A stretch of DNA of 64,000 nucleotides from Parcubacteria group bacterium GW2011_GWD2_38_12 (GTDB lineage: Bacteria > Patescibacteriota > Minisyncoccia > GWC2-36-17): assembly GCA_000992345.1 (NCBI GenBank), contig LBUA01000001.1, forward strand, positions 81,711 to 145,710, given 5' to 3'. The notes under the pieces were generated by a model. That model saw nothing but the letters and a program-made list of their open reading frames with translations, ran no database searches and was not told the origin of the DNA. Shown here in pieces: positions 38,857-47,958 of the stretch (the stretch's first letter is position 1; the number at the start of each line of letters is the position of its first letter). The position numbers were made by a program, and so were the translations under genes.

Positions 38857-40272
38857 TTAGATAGCGCTAAAATTTATTGTATACATATTCTCGTTACTCA
38901 AAATATACAGCATTTCATTGATACCATCATAAAAAATATCGGGACTTGAGGAGTCGATTATATGGGCGATGTTTTGATTGTCTCTATTGTCAAGTTCAAT
39001 GAATTTTATGCTATCGCCGAAACTATAGAAAACATGTTTATTTGTTTCAAACCATTGGCTGGATATTATTTCTTGCGGAATATTTAATACAACTTCTTTT
39101 TGGTTGGCGTATTTATACGGCTGAATTTTTATATCTTCAAGATAATAAACCATTAAGTCGTTTTTCTTTTGATATAATATCTTTTTTTCATCATCAGATA
39201 GATAAAATTTTGTTACGTTCTCATCTATTTTTAAAAAGCTATTATTCTGACTTAAAAATTTTAATAATAGTCCGGTTGTTGCTTCATCTATAAAAATATG
39301 ACCGGAGTTTAGTATATTTATCTTGGGGGTGATATCTTCGCCCAGTTTGAATTTGATGGTTCCCAAAATTTCTTCGGAAATCAGGGATTTATCTTTAAAA
39401 AATGATTTTGTGAACAAGAAATCTGGTTTTGTTATGTAATAAATAGAATCCCCATTGGCCGGCTCTATTGAGGCGATATTCTTTTTCAAGAACATCAATA
39501 ATCTCAAAGAAGTATTGAACATATATAAATATGAATCTTTTAGTATAAAAATGTTGTCTTGGGACCCCAATTTTATATCAGTAATGTCTTTTATTGATAT
39601 TTGAGGAGGTAAAATAGCATCAAGATTTTGTACTTTTCCGTCAATGACATTTATAATTATAAAATCGCCCTCGTTCTTAGAATGAAAAACAATCCTATTA
39701 TTATCTTCTCGCCAATCTTGCAAATTAAGAGTAATAATGTTTTTTGAGATCAATATTTCTGTTTCATTTCGGCTGTCTAAATTTAATATTCCCAGGATTG
39801 TTTGGTTTTTTTCGTTGTATTTTATGAGAGCCAACGATTTTTTACTCGGAGACCAGTAAAAATCTTTTATTTTTTGAGTTGGTTTATTATATAATTTTAA
39901 TTCTAAATCTTCGGGTATTAAAACTATATCTTGGGCTTCTGTAACGAGTTGTGGTTCAATTTTGAGTATTTTGCGCCAATCTTGATAATTGTCTTTTGAG
40001 ATTTTGACGTTATATGTTCCCGGAGTCAGGTTTTGTATAAAAGCATTGTTGAAATATGAAAAAGCACTAGTGGTTTTTACCGACTTATCGTCTAACGATA
40101 TTTGCGCTTCCGTAGGGGAGTGGATTCTAAAGAAAAACCCCCCTGTTTCTACAAATTGCCAGGTTTTAAAATTAAATCTAAATCCGCGGGAGTATTCCAC
40201 TAATATGGGGGTCAGTATTAAAAAAAATACTATAGATATAAAAAATAAAATGCGCCTTTTGCGTAAAGTCAT
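38857..40272 (-). CDS. PEGA-domain membrane-anchored beta-propeller protein (CPR-typical)
   Basis: N-terminal TM, TGG and LTPGTYNVKISKDNYQDW. Confidence 0.8.
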   Translation of the reverse strand: MTLRKRRILFFISIVFFLILTPILVEYSRGFRFNFKTWQFVETGGFFFRIHSPTEAQISLDDKSVKTTSAFSYFNNAFIQNLTPGTYNVKISKDNYQDWRKILKIEPQLVTEAQDIVLIPEDLELKLYNKPTQKIKDFYWSPSKKSLALIKYNEKNQTILGILNLDSRNETEILISKNIITLNLQDWREDNNRIVFHSKNEGDFIIINVIDGKVQNLDAILPPQISIKDITDIKLGSQDNIFILKDSYLYMFNTSLRLLMFLKKNIASIEPANGDSIYYITKPDFLFTKSFFKDKSLISEEILGTIKFKLGEDITPKINILNSGHIFIDEATTGLLLKFLSQNNSFLKIDENVTKFYLSDDEKKILYQKKNDLMVYYLEDIKIQPYKYANQKEVVLNIPQEIISSQWFETNKHVFYSFGDSIKFIELDNRDNQNIAHIIDSSSPDIFYDGINEMLYILSNENMYTINFSAI

Positions 40273-40338
40273 GCCGATTTTATAAAAATTTTGAACCAGA
40301 GTTTTGCGTGATGCGCAAATTTTGTTTCAAAATCGAGT
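40273..40338 (-). repeat. Dispersed 5'-UTR element, copy 2 (before the PEGA gene)
   Basis: ACTCGATTTTGAAACAAAATTTGCGCA...AAAATCGGC on the minus strand. Confidence 0.7.
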
Positions 40339-40404
40339 TCGCCGCGGCGAACCGCGGCGGATGGAATAATGATAATTGATATCCGCCCGAGGCGGACAAA
40401 GTCC

Positions 40405-42195
40405 TTATTTCTTTTTCTCAACTTCAATTTGTACTTGTTCTAAAAATTTCTTGAATTTTATAGCTCCAATGTCGCCTCTACCAGCTTTTCTGACGGAAAC
40501 AGATTTAGATTTTATTTCTTTATCGCCAACTATCAAAAGGTAGGGGATTTTTTGTATTTCCCCTTCGCGAATTTTTTTACCAACTGTCTCGTCTTCATCT
40601 TTTAATTCCGTTCTGAATCCCGCTTCGATTAAGTTTTCATCTATTTCTTTGGCATATTTTTTATGGGTTTTTGAAATTGGAAGTATATGAATTTGCGTTG
40701 GGGCAAGCCATAAAGGAAAAACTCCGGCAAAATGTTCGATCAATACACCCATAAATCTTTCTGGGGAACCGACCAAGGCGCTATGAATCATGATTGGAGT
40801 ATGTTTTTGTCCATCTTGACCAATATATTCAAGATTAAAATTAGAGGGCATGTTGAAATCCAGTTGGATTGTGGAGAGTTGCCACTCTCTGCCTAAAGAA
40901 TCTTTCACAATTAAATCCATTTTAGGACCGTAAAAAGCGGCTTCCCCCTCGCTTCTAATATATTCAATTTTCTTTTCTTTCAATAAATCTTCCAGGATTT
41001 TTTGGGATTTTTTCCAAATTTCGTCAGTTCCTAGGTATTGTTCCTTCTTATTCTCGTCACGTAAAGACAATCTAATATAGCATTTCATCTTATATGTCTT
41101 CATTGCCTTCTCTATCGCTTTAAGCACCAAAGTAAACTCATCTTTTATTTGATCTTCACGACAAAAACAATGGCCATCATCTTGAGAAAAAGCGCGCAGG
41201 CGAGTAAGGCCGGAAAGCTCTCCTGGGCGTTCATCTCTATATAGGTTAGCAAAATCAGCAATACGTAGAGGAAGATCTTTGTAGCTACGCAATTGAGAAG
41301 CGTATATCTGGGTATGTTGAGGACAATTCATTGGCTTCAAAAAGTATTCTTCTTTGGTATAGTTAGAGACTACCCTAAGCATATCGTCTTTATATTTTAC
41401 ATAATGACCCGAGATTTTAAAAAGTTCAGCTTTATTGATATTTGGCGTATGTACTTCCTGATAACCAATCTCCTTTCTCAGTTCATTGGAATAATTTTGA
41501 ATTTGCTTTCTAATAAAAGCGCCCCTGGGTGTATAGAGTGGCAGTCCCGGACCCACTAAATCAGAGAATACAAATAGTCCGAGATCTTTTCCTATTTTGC
41601 GATGGTCTCTTTTTTCAAGCTCTATTTGCAATTTCAAATAATCTTCCAACTCTTTTTTACTTTCAAAAGCCACGCCATAGATACGAGTGAGCATTTGATT
41701 TTTTTCGCTTCCGCGCCAATATGCACCTGCGATTTTAGTGAGTTTAAAGGCCTCCGGATCTATGTCTTTTGTTGATTGGACATGCGGACCGGCGCATAAA
41801 TCCGTAAATACAGAGTTTTGGGGTTGGAGGTTGCTTGCCTGCCGGTAGGCATGGGAGATTGGAAAAGTCTTATAGACTGTAATGGGTTGATTAGCCGGTC
41901 CGGAAATAAGTTCAGAAATAAGATCTAATTTAAACGGCTGATTTTGAAATAATTCTCTAGCTTGATTAGCTGTAACTTCTTCCTTTCCAAACTTGATATT
42001 TCTTTTAATTAAGGCCTTTATTTTATTTTCCAGATTAAACAAATCCTGCTGTCCAATAGGGGACGGCAAAAGAAAGTCATAATAAAAACCATTTTCAATA
42101 GTCGGGCCAATACCTAATTTTGAGCCAGGATATTTTTCAAGTATTATCGCCGCGAGCAAGTGAGCGAGCGAGTGTCGTATTTGTTCGATATTCAT
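40405..42195 (-). CDS. thrS: Threonine--tRNA ligase
   Basis: RHSLAH, DLCAGPH, GAYWRG, KPMNCP and AFYGPK. Confidence 0.97.
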   Translation of the reverse strand: MNIEQIRHSLAHLLAAIILEKYPGSKLGIGPTIENGFYYDFLLPSPIGQQDLFNLENKIKALIKRNIKFGKEEVTANQARELFQNQPFKLDLISELISGPANQPITVYKTFPISHAYRQASNLQPQNSVFTDLCAGPHVQSTKDIDPEAFKLTKIAGAYWRGSEKNQMLTRIYGVAFESKKELEDYLKLQIELEKRDHRKIGKDLGLFVFSDLVGPGLPLYTPRGAFIRKQIQNYSNELRKEIGYQEVHTPNINKAELFKISGHYVKYKDDMLRVVSNYTKEEYFLKPMNCPQHTQIYASQLRSYKDLPLRIADFANLYRDERPGELSGLTRLRAFSQDDGHCFCREDQIKDEFTLVLKAIEKAMKTYKMKCYIRLSLRDENKKEQYLGTDEIWKKSQKILEDLLKEKKIEYIRSEGEAAFYGPKMDLIVKDSLGREWQLSTIQLDFNMPSNFNLEYIGQDGQKHTPIMIHSALVGSPERFMGVLIEHFAGVFPLWLAPTQIHILPISKTHKKYAKEIDENLIEAGFRTELKDEDETVGKKIREGEIQKIPYLLIVGDKEIKSKSVSVRKAGRGDIGAIKFKKFLEQVQIEVEKKK

Positions 42196-42280
42196 AAATA
42201 TGTTATTGGCGCTAGCAATGCAAAATTTAAATTAGAAACTATCAACTAGCTTAGCATATTTAGGTCGATTTTTCTAGTGT

Positions 42281-45200
42281 TTATCCGTTAACTGGAAGCG
42301 ATTGTTTTTCTAAAATCTTCGCTTTATTGGCGATTATTTTAAATTGCCCGTCTTTGTCACTGACCTTGCCTTTTACCAGTATGATGGCGCCGGGTTGCCA
42401 AATATTTGCCGCTTCCGTTTCTTTCAAAACTCGCGGGAAAACAATTATTTCCGATTTGCCGGATAAATCCTCTATTTTTACAAAAAGCATAGATTCATTG
42501 CTTTTGGTTAAAATCTTTTTTATTTCCAAAACAAGGCCGCCGGTTATGATTTCTTCGCTTTTTTTAACTCCCGCCAGCTTTGCAAAAGGCACAGAAATTT
42601 TAGCTAAATAATCTTTATGTTCGTTCAATGGGTGGTCAGAAACATAAAGACCTAAAAGTTCTTTTTCCCAGCCCAACTTTTCTTCTTTGGTAGCTGGCGG
42701 AGAATTTTTTAATTTTATCGAGGGTTCAATATCTTTAATCGGCAAATTACTGAATAAACTGTCTTGTCCGCTGGAAACTGATTTTTGCGCTTCCCTGGAA
42801 TAATTAAGCAATATATCTATTGATTCCAGCAATTGTTTTCTTTCTTCAAGCGAATCAAGCGCCCCGCATCTTATCAAACTTTCCAAGGATTTTTTATTTA
42901 AATCTTTGTGTTTTACTTTATTGATAAAATCTTCAATATCCGTAAATCTTCCCTCTTTTTCGCGCGCATCTATGATTGCCTGCACGATATTTTTTCCGAC
43001 ATTTTTCACACCGGTCAATCCAAAACGAATAGTATTAGGCCCCGTTGTATTAAAAATACTGAAACTTTCATTGATGTCTGGTGGCAAAACATCTATACCC
43101 AGCGATTTGCACTCATCAATTAAGAAAGCGGCTCTTTCAATATCTCCAATTTCAGCGGTAAGTAAGGCGGACATAAATTCGTTTTGATAATTTGCTTTAA
43201 GATATGCGGTTTGATAGGCGACGAGAGCATAACATGCGGCATGAGACCTGTTGAAACCATACCTTGAAAACGGCTCCAATAAATCGGCAAGCTTCTGGGC
43301 AATGGCTTTTGGCACGCCGTTTTTCAGACATCCTTGCATAAAAACTTCCTGTTGTTCAAGCAATAATTTATGAATCTTTTTTCCAATAGCTTTTCTCAAA
43401 GTATCAGCTTGTCCGGGAGTAAATTTAGCGATTTGTTTTGCCATTTCCATAATTTGTTCTTGATAAACAGCAATGCCATGAGTATTTTTTAAGATTGTTT
43501 CAAGCGCAGGATATAGATATTCAATTTTTTCTTTCCCGTGTTTACGGGCGATAAAACTCGGGATAAGCTCCATTGGGCCAGGACGATAAAGCGCCACCAT
43601 GGCGATTAAATCTTCAAATTCTGTCGGTTTTAATTCTTTTAAATATCTTTTCATTCCGTCAGATTCAAATTGAAAAACTCCCGTTGTTTTTCCATTTTGA
43701 AAAAGTTTATAAGTTTTTTTATCGTCAAGAGGCAGTTTATCAATATCAATTTTTACGCCGTGATTTTTTTCTATAAGATTTAAAGTATTTTCAATGATAG
43801 TTAAATTTTTAAGACCCAAAATATCCATTTTTAAAAGACCTAGATCCTCAATAGCGTGCATTTCGTATTGCGTAACAATAATATTATTTCCATCTTGGGC
43901 GGCATTTTGCAATGGCACGGATTCTATCAGGGGATCTTTAGTGATTACAATCCCACAAGCATGAGTGGAAGCATGGCGTACTACGCCCTCCAATTTTATG
44001 GCTGAATCAATTAATTTTTTCGCCTGCGCGTCATTATTGTATTGATTTTTAAATTCCGGTGTTTCCAGAGCCTCTTTTAAATTTGACCCCAGCGGTATTA
44101 ATTTTGCCAATTGATCGCAAAAATCATAAGTATAGCCCAAGGCGCGGCCAGCATCGCGAATTGCGGCGCGTGCGGCCATAGTCCCAAAAGTGATAATCTG
44201 AGCAACTTTATCTTGACCGTATTTTTGAGATATATAATTTAAAACTTCCTGTCTGCGCGTATCGGCAAAGTCCAAGTCAATATCAGGCATGGAAATTCTG
44301 TCGGGATTTAAAAATCTTTCAAAAAGCAATTCATATTTTATTGGGTCGATATTGGTGATATTTGTCAAATAGGCGACAATGGAACCGGCGGCAGAACCGC
44401 GGCCCGGACCCACGACTATGCCGTTTGATTTTGCCCAATTCACGAAATCCTGAACAATCAAAAAGTATGGTTCATATCCCATTTTTTCTATAACCGATAA
44501 TTCAAAATCCAACCTATCCAGAATAGATTTTATAAAATCTTTCGGATTTTCAATATCTTCCGGATTAATATCGTATCTTTTTTTAAGGCCATTAAAACAC
44601 AATTCCTTTAAATATGTTTGGGGAGTATATCCTCCAGGCACTTTGAAATGGGGGAGTTGGATTTTCCCAATCTCAATTTTTAAATTACAAGAATCGGCAA
44701 TGATTTTTGTGTTTTCTATAGCTTCCGGAGCACGCTCAAATGAACTGATCATCTCCTCGGTTGGTTTTAAGGAAAAATCTTCCATTTTCATCGTTAGACG
44801 ATCTTCGTCATCCATAAAATTTGAAGTTTGAACAGCCAATAAAATGTCCTGCGCCTCAGCGTCTTCTTTTTTTAAATAATGGGAATCATTTGTGGCAACA
44901 AGCGGTATGCCGGTTTTCTTTGAAATTTTTATTAATTCGTTATTTACGGAATCTTGTCCCTCAAGATTGGGGTGGGGCTGAATTTCCAGATAAAAATTTC
45001 CTTTGCCGAAAATTTCTTGGTATTCCAGGGCTAATTTTTCCGCTTTTTCAATGTGACCGGCGTGAATTGCGCGGGGAATTTCTCCACCAAGACAAGCTGA
45101 CATTGCGATAAGTCCTTTAGAGTATTGCCTGAGCAATTCTTTGTCCGCACGAGGCTTGTAATAAAATCCTTCAAGATGAGCCTTGCTGACAATTTTTAAA

Positions 45201-45502
45201 AGATTTTTATAGCCCTCGGTATTTTTAGCGAGTAAAATTAAATGATGTCTTTTATCATCTATTCCCGATCGTTTGTCATGTCTTGTGTTATTAGCCAAAT
45301 ATATTTCGCATCCTATAATCGGCTTGATGCCGGCTGACGTCGCTTTTTTGTAAAATTCAATGGCGCCATACATAACACCGTGATCGGTCAATGCTAAAGA
45401 CTCCATGCCCAAAGATTTAGCATATTCAACAAGGGCGTCTATTTTTGATAAACCATCCAAGAGAGAATAATGGCTATGAACGTGAAGGTGAGTGAATTTC
45501 AA
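42281..45502 (-). CDS. dnaE: DNA polymerase III alpha subunit
   Basis: HLHVHSHYSLLDG, GPGRGSAAGS, MPDIDLDF and FNRSHA; TTG start. Confidence 0.97.
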   Translation of the reverse strand: MKFTHLHVHSHYSLLDGLSKIDALVEYAKSLGMESLALTDHGVMYGAIEFYKKATSAGIKPIIGCEIYLANNTRHDKRSGIDDKRHHLILLAKNTEGYKNLLKIVSKAHLEGFYYKPRADKELLRQYSKGLIAMSACLGGEIPRAIHAGHIEKAEKLALEYQEIFGKGNFYLEIQPHPNLEGQDSVNNELIKISKKTGIPLVATNDSHYLKKEDAEAQDILLAVQTSNFMDDEDRLTMKMEDFSLKPTEEMISSFERAPEAIENTKIIADSCNLKIEIGKIQLPHFKVPGGYTPQTYLKELCFNGLKKRYDINPEDIENPKDFIKSILDRLDFELSVIEKMGYEPYFLIVQDFVNWAKSNGIVVGPGRGSAAGSIVAYLTNITNIDPIKYELLFERFLNPDRISMPDIDLDFADTRRQEVLNYISQKYGQDKVAQIITFGTMAARAAIRDAGRALGYTYDFCDQLAKLIPLGSNLKEALETPEFKNQYNNDAQAKKLIDSAIKLEGVVRHASTHACGIVITKDPLIESVPLQNAAQDGNNIIVTQYEMHAIEDLGLLKMDILGLKNLTIIENTLNLIEKNHGVKIDIDKLPLDDKKTYKLFQNGKTTGVFQFESDGMKRYLKELKPTEFEDLIAMVALYRPGPMELIPSFIARKHGKEKIEYLYPALETILKNTHGIAVYQEQIMEMAKQIAKFTPGQADTLRKAIGKKIHKLLLEQQEVFMQGCLKNGVPKAIAQKLADLLEPFSRYGFNRSHAACYALVAYQTAYLKANYQNEFMSALLTAEIGDIERAAFLIDECKSLGIDVLPPDINESFSIFNTTGPNTIRFGLTGVKNVGKNIVQAIIDAREKEGRFTDIEDFINKVKHKDLNKKSLESLIRCGALDSLEERKQLLESIDILLNYSREAQKSVSSGQDSLFSNLPIKDIEPSIKLKNSPPATKEEKLGWEKELLGLYVSDHPLNEHKDYLAKISVPFAKLAGVKKSEEIITGGLVLEIKKILTKSNESMLFVKIEDLSGKSEIIVFPRVLKETEAANIWQPGAIILVKGKVSDKDGQFKIIANKAKILEKQSLPVNG

Positions 45503-45503
45503 T

Positions 45504-45540
45504 TTAGCTCGTTAGCTCGTTAGCTCGTTAGCTCGTTAGC
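45504..45540. repeat. 8-bp tandem repeat (TTAGCTCG)x4.6
   Basis: Seen directly, abutting the dnaE start. Confidence 0.9.
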
Positions 45541-45681
45541 AAATTAATCAAAATGCCAATAAACTAAAAACATAGAGCAAGTTTATTTTCTAATTGAATT
45601 TTAAAGGTTTAAAGTTAAATTGCAATACTTGATTATAAGCATCATTATGATAAAATATTAATCAAAAATAAGAGGTGTTAA

Positions 45682-45870
45682 ATGGCGCGTATAAAAATAT
45701 ATTATACGAAAGAAAGCCAACCGGTAATAGAAAGAATTCTTCTTGATTTATATGAAATATGCCCAATAGAAAATTGCGGATTTCAGGAGGGGTGCAACGG
45801 AAAACGAAAAACAAGAGATAATGAATTTGAGTGCTATTTGGAAGAATTATTAATGCTTTTTAAAAAATAA
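45682..45870 (+). CDS. Hypothetical small protein
   Basis: 62 aa, GAGGTG SD, TTGATT-N16-TAAAAT upstream. Confidence 0.6.
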   Translation: MARIKIYYTKESQPVIERILLDLYEICPIENCGFQEGCNGKRKTRDNEFECYLEELLMLFKK

Positions 45871-45889
45871 AAAGGGAGGTTTAGAAGCT

Positions 45890-46099
45890 ATGGGAAGGGG
45901 GATATTTTTAATACTCGTGGCGCTCGGCATGGGAAATCATCTGCCTACTATACCCACATGGACTATGCCCACCAGGAAGGGTGATCATCCAGCTTTATCG
46001 CGAAAAATAAAGAGTAGGACGGGAAAAAGAAAATGGCAATATTGTGGTGGAAGGTCAAGAAAAAAGAAAAGAAAAAAGAAACAATCAAAAAAGCTCTGA
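45890..46099 (+). CDS. Hypothetical small basic protein
   Basis: 69 aa, GGGAGG SD, hydrophobic N-terminus, K/R-rich tail. Confidence 0.55.
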   Translation: MGRGIFLILVALGMGNHLPTIPTWTMPTRKGDHPALSRKIKSRTGKRKWQYCGGRSRKKKRKKKQSKKL

Positions 46100-46145
46100 G
46101 AAATCAGGGCTTTTGTTATTTTTAAAATAGATTTATTATTGTGAT

Positions 46146-46841
46146 ATGGATTTCTCCACTGAACAAAAATATATAAAACAAGGTTACGATTTTGTGATTG
46201 GAATAGACGAGGCGGGGAGGGGGCCACTGGCAGGACCGGTTATTGCCAGCGCGTTGGCAATAACCAAGTTTAAAGTTGAAAGTTTAAAGTTGAAAGTGGG
46301 GGATTCGTCCTTGGCGAAAGACTTATGGTTAGAAGTGAAAGATTCTAAAAAATTATCGCCGAAAAAACGAGAAAAGCTTTTTGAAATTTTAACAACTGAC
46401 CCTGATATTAAATATGGAATCGGAATCATATCGGAAAAAGTGATTGATAAAAAAAATATTTTACAAGCAACATTGATGGCGATGAAGATAGCGGTAGAGA
46501 ATCTAATAAAAAAGGAACCAAAAATTTCCCCACTCGCCAGTCCGACGATCGTCGGACTGGCGAGTAAAAGAAAATCCGTTATATTAATTGATGGAAGAGA
46601 TATTATTGAAGATTTGGATTTTGACCAGCATTCCATTATAAATGGAGATAATAAAGTTTGGTCTATCGCCGCGGCTTCTATTATTGCTAAAGTCACGCGC
46701 GATAAGATAATGATAAAATATCACGAAAAATATCCTCAATATTGTTTTGACAGGCATAAGGGTTATGGCACAAAACTACATTTCGAAAAAATCGCCGAAC
46801 ACGGCCAATGCGAAATACACAGAAAAAGTTTTTTAGATTAA
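46146..46841 (+). CDS. rnhB: Ribonuclease HII
   Basis: GIDEAGRGPLAGPV, DSKKL, SIAAASIIAKV.RD and HKGYGT. Confidence 0.96.
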   Translation: MDFSTEQKYIKQGYDFVIGIDEAGRGPLAGPVIASALAITKFKVESLKLKVGDSSLAKDLWLEVKDSKKLSPKKREKLFEILTTDPDIKYGIGIISEKVIDKKNILQATLMAMKIAVENLIKKEPKISPLASPTIVGLASKRKSVILIDGRDIIEDLDFDQHSIINGDNKVWSIAAASIIAKVTRDKIMIKYHEKYPQYCFDRHKGYGTKLHFEKIAEHGQCEIHRKSFLD

Positions 46842-46886
46842 TTGAATTGGGGTATACTGAGATAATAATCATTAAATTTTTACACG

Positions 46887-47450
46887 ATGATATTGTCAGA
46901 TAAAGATATTAAAAAAATCCTTAAAAAAGGGGATTTATTATTTAGTCCGGAGCTAGAACCCGATCAAATCGGTCCAGCTTCCATTGATTTAAAATTAAGT
47001 CCGATTTTCAAAACATTCAACACTCAAAAACATAGTTTGCTTGATATTAAAAAAGGATTGCCGCCCAACTTTACGATAACCCACAAACTTAATATCGGCG
47101 AAAATTTCATTTTGCATCCCGGAGATTTTATTCTGGCCAGCACGGTGGAATATATAAAAGTTCCCGATAATATTGCGGTCAGGGTGGAGGGAAAAAGTTC
47201 TCTCGCTCGCATGGGAATACTGGTGCACACAGCCGGCTTTATTGACCCTGGCTTTGAGGGAACAATTACCCTGGAAATCAGCAACCAATCAAATTTGGCC
47301 ATCGCCATCTATCCTGGCATGTATATCTGTCAGGTTGCCGTTGAATATTTATCCTCTCCCGCAGAAGTGCCTTATAATAAACGAAAAAAATCATTATATT
47401 TAAAACAGAAAGAACCCACTGAAGCGGATATAAAGAATCTTTTTAGTTAG
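46887..47450 (+). CDS. dcd: dCTP deaminase
   Basis: PASIDL, EGKSSLAR.G and AGFIDPGFEG.ITLE. Confidence 0.95.
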   Translation: MILSDKDIKKILKKGDLLFSPELEPDQIGPASIDLKLSPIFKTFNTQKHSLLDIKKGLPPNFTITHKLNIGENFILHPGDFILASTVEYIKVPDNIAVRVEGKSSLARMGILVHTAGFIDPGFEGTITLEISNQSNLAIAIYPGMYICQVAVEYLSSPAEVPYNKRKKSLYLKQKEPTEADIKNLFS

Positions 47451-47535
47451 TCATCTAAATTGACAGAGGTGCCTATTTCTTATAATCTGATTTTAGAGTT
47501 TTTTTACAATTGAAAAATGGATAAGGGAGGAAACG

Positions 47536-47958
47536 ATGAGAGTAAAAACCGTATTTATCGCGCATCCGATTAGCGGCGACATTAAAGGAAATGTGGTAAA
47601 AGTATTGGCAATTTGCGAGAAAATTCATTCAAAAGAGATAATTCCTGTTGCTCCGTATCTTGTGTCTTTGCAATATCTAGATGATGAGATTATTGAAGAC
47701 AGGAAATTGGGTATAGCCGCAAACTTAGAATGTTTTCGCAGAAAATATATTGATGAGCTCTGGCTTTATGGCGATAGAATTTCCAAAGGAATGGAACAAG
47801 AGATAAAACTGGCATTGAAATTGCGAATTCCCATTAAATCAAAAACCGCAATAACAAAAATAGCCCTGAAACTTTTTATTATGAAATCAGCGTTGAAATA
47901 TACAGAAAAATTCATGAAAACTGAAAACAAAAGGAGAGGCGGAAATGATAAAAGTTGA
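47536..47958 (+). CDS. DUF4406 / nucleoside deoxyribosyltransferase-like fold protein
   Basis: VFIAHP, DELWLYG.RIS.GM..EI..A..L.IP. Confidence 0.6.
   Translation: MRVKTVFIAHPISGDIKGNVVKVLAICEKIHSKEIIPVAPYLVSLQYLDDEIIEDRKLGIAANLECFRRKYIDELWLYGDRISKGMEQEIKLALKLRIPIKSKTAITKIALKLFIMKSALKYTEKFMKTENKRRGGNDKS

Noticed and set aside
45504-45540. Integron core sites (GTTAGCT) in the dnaE repeat
   Set aside because: No complementary arm or attC fold; coincidental match.
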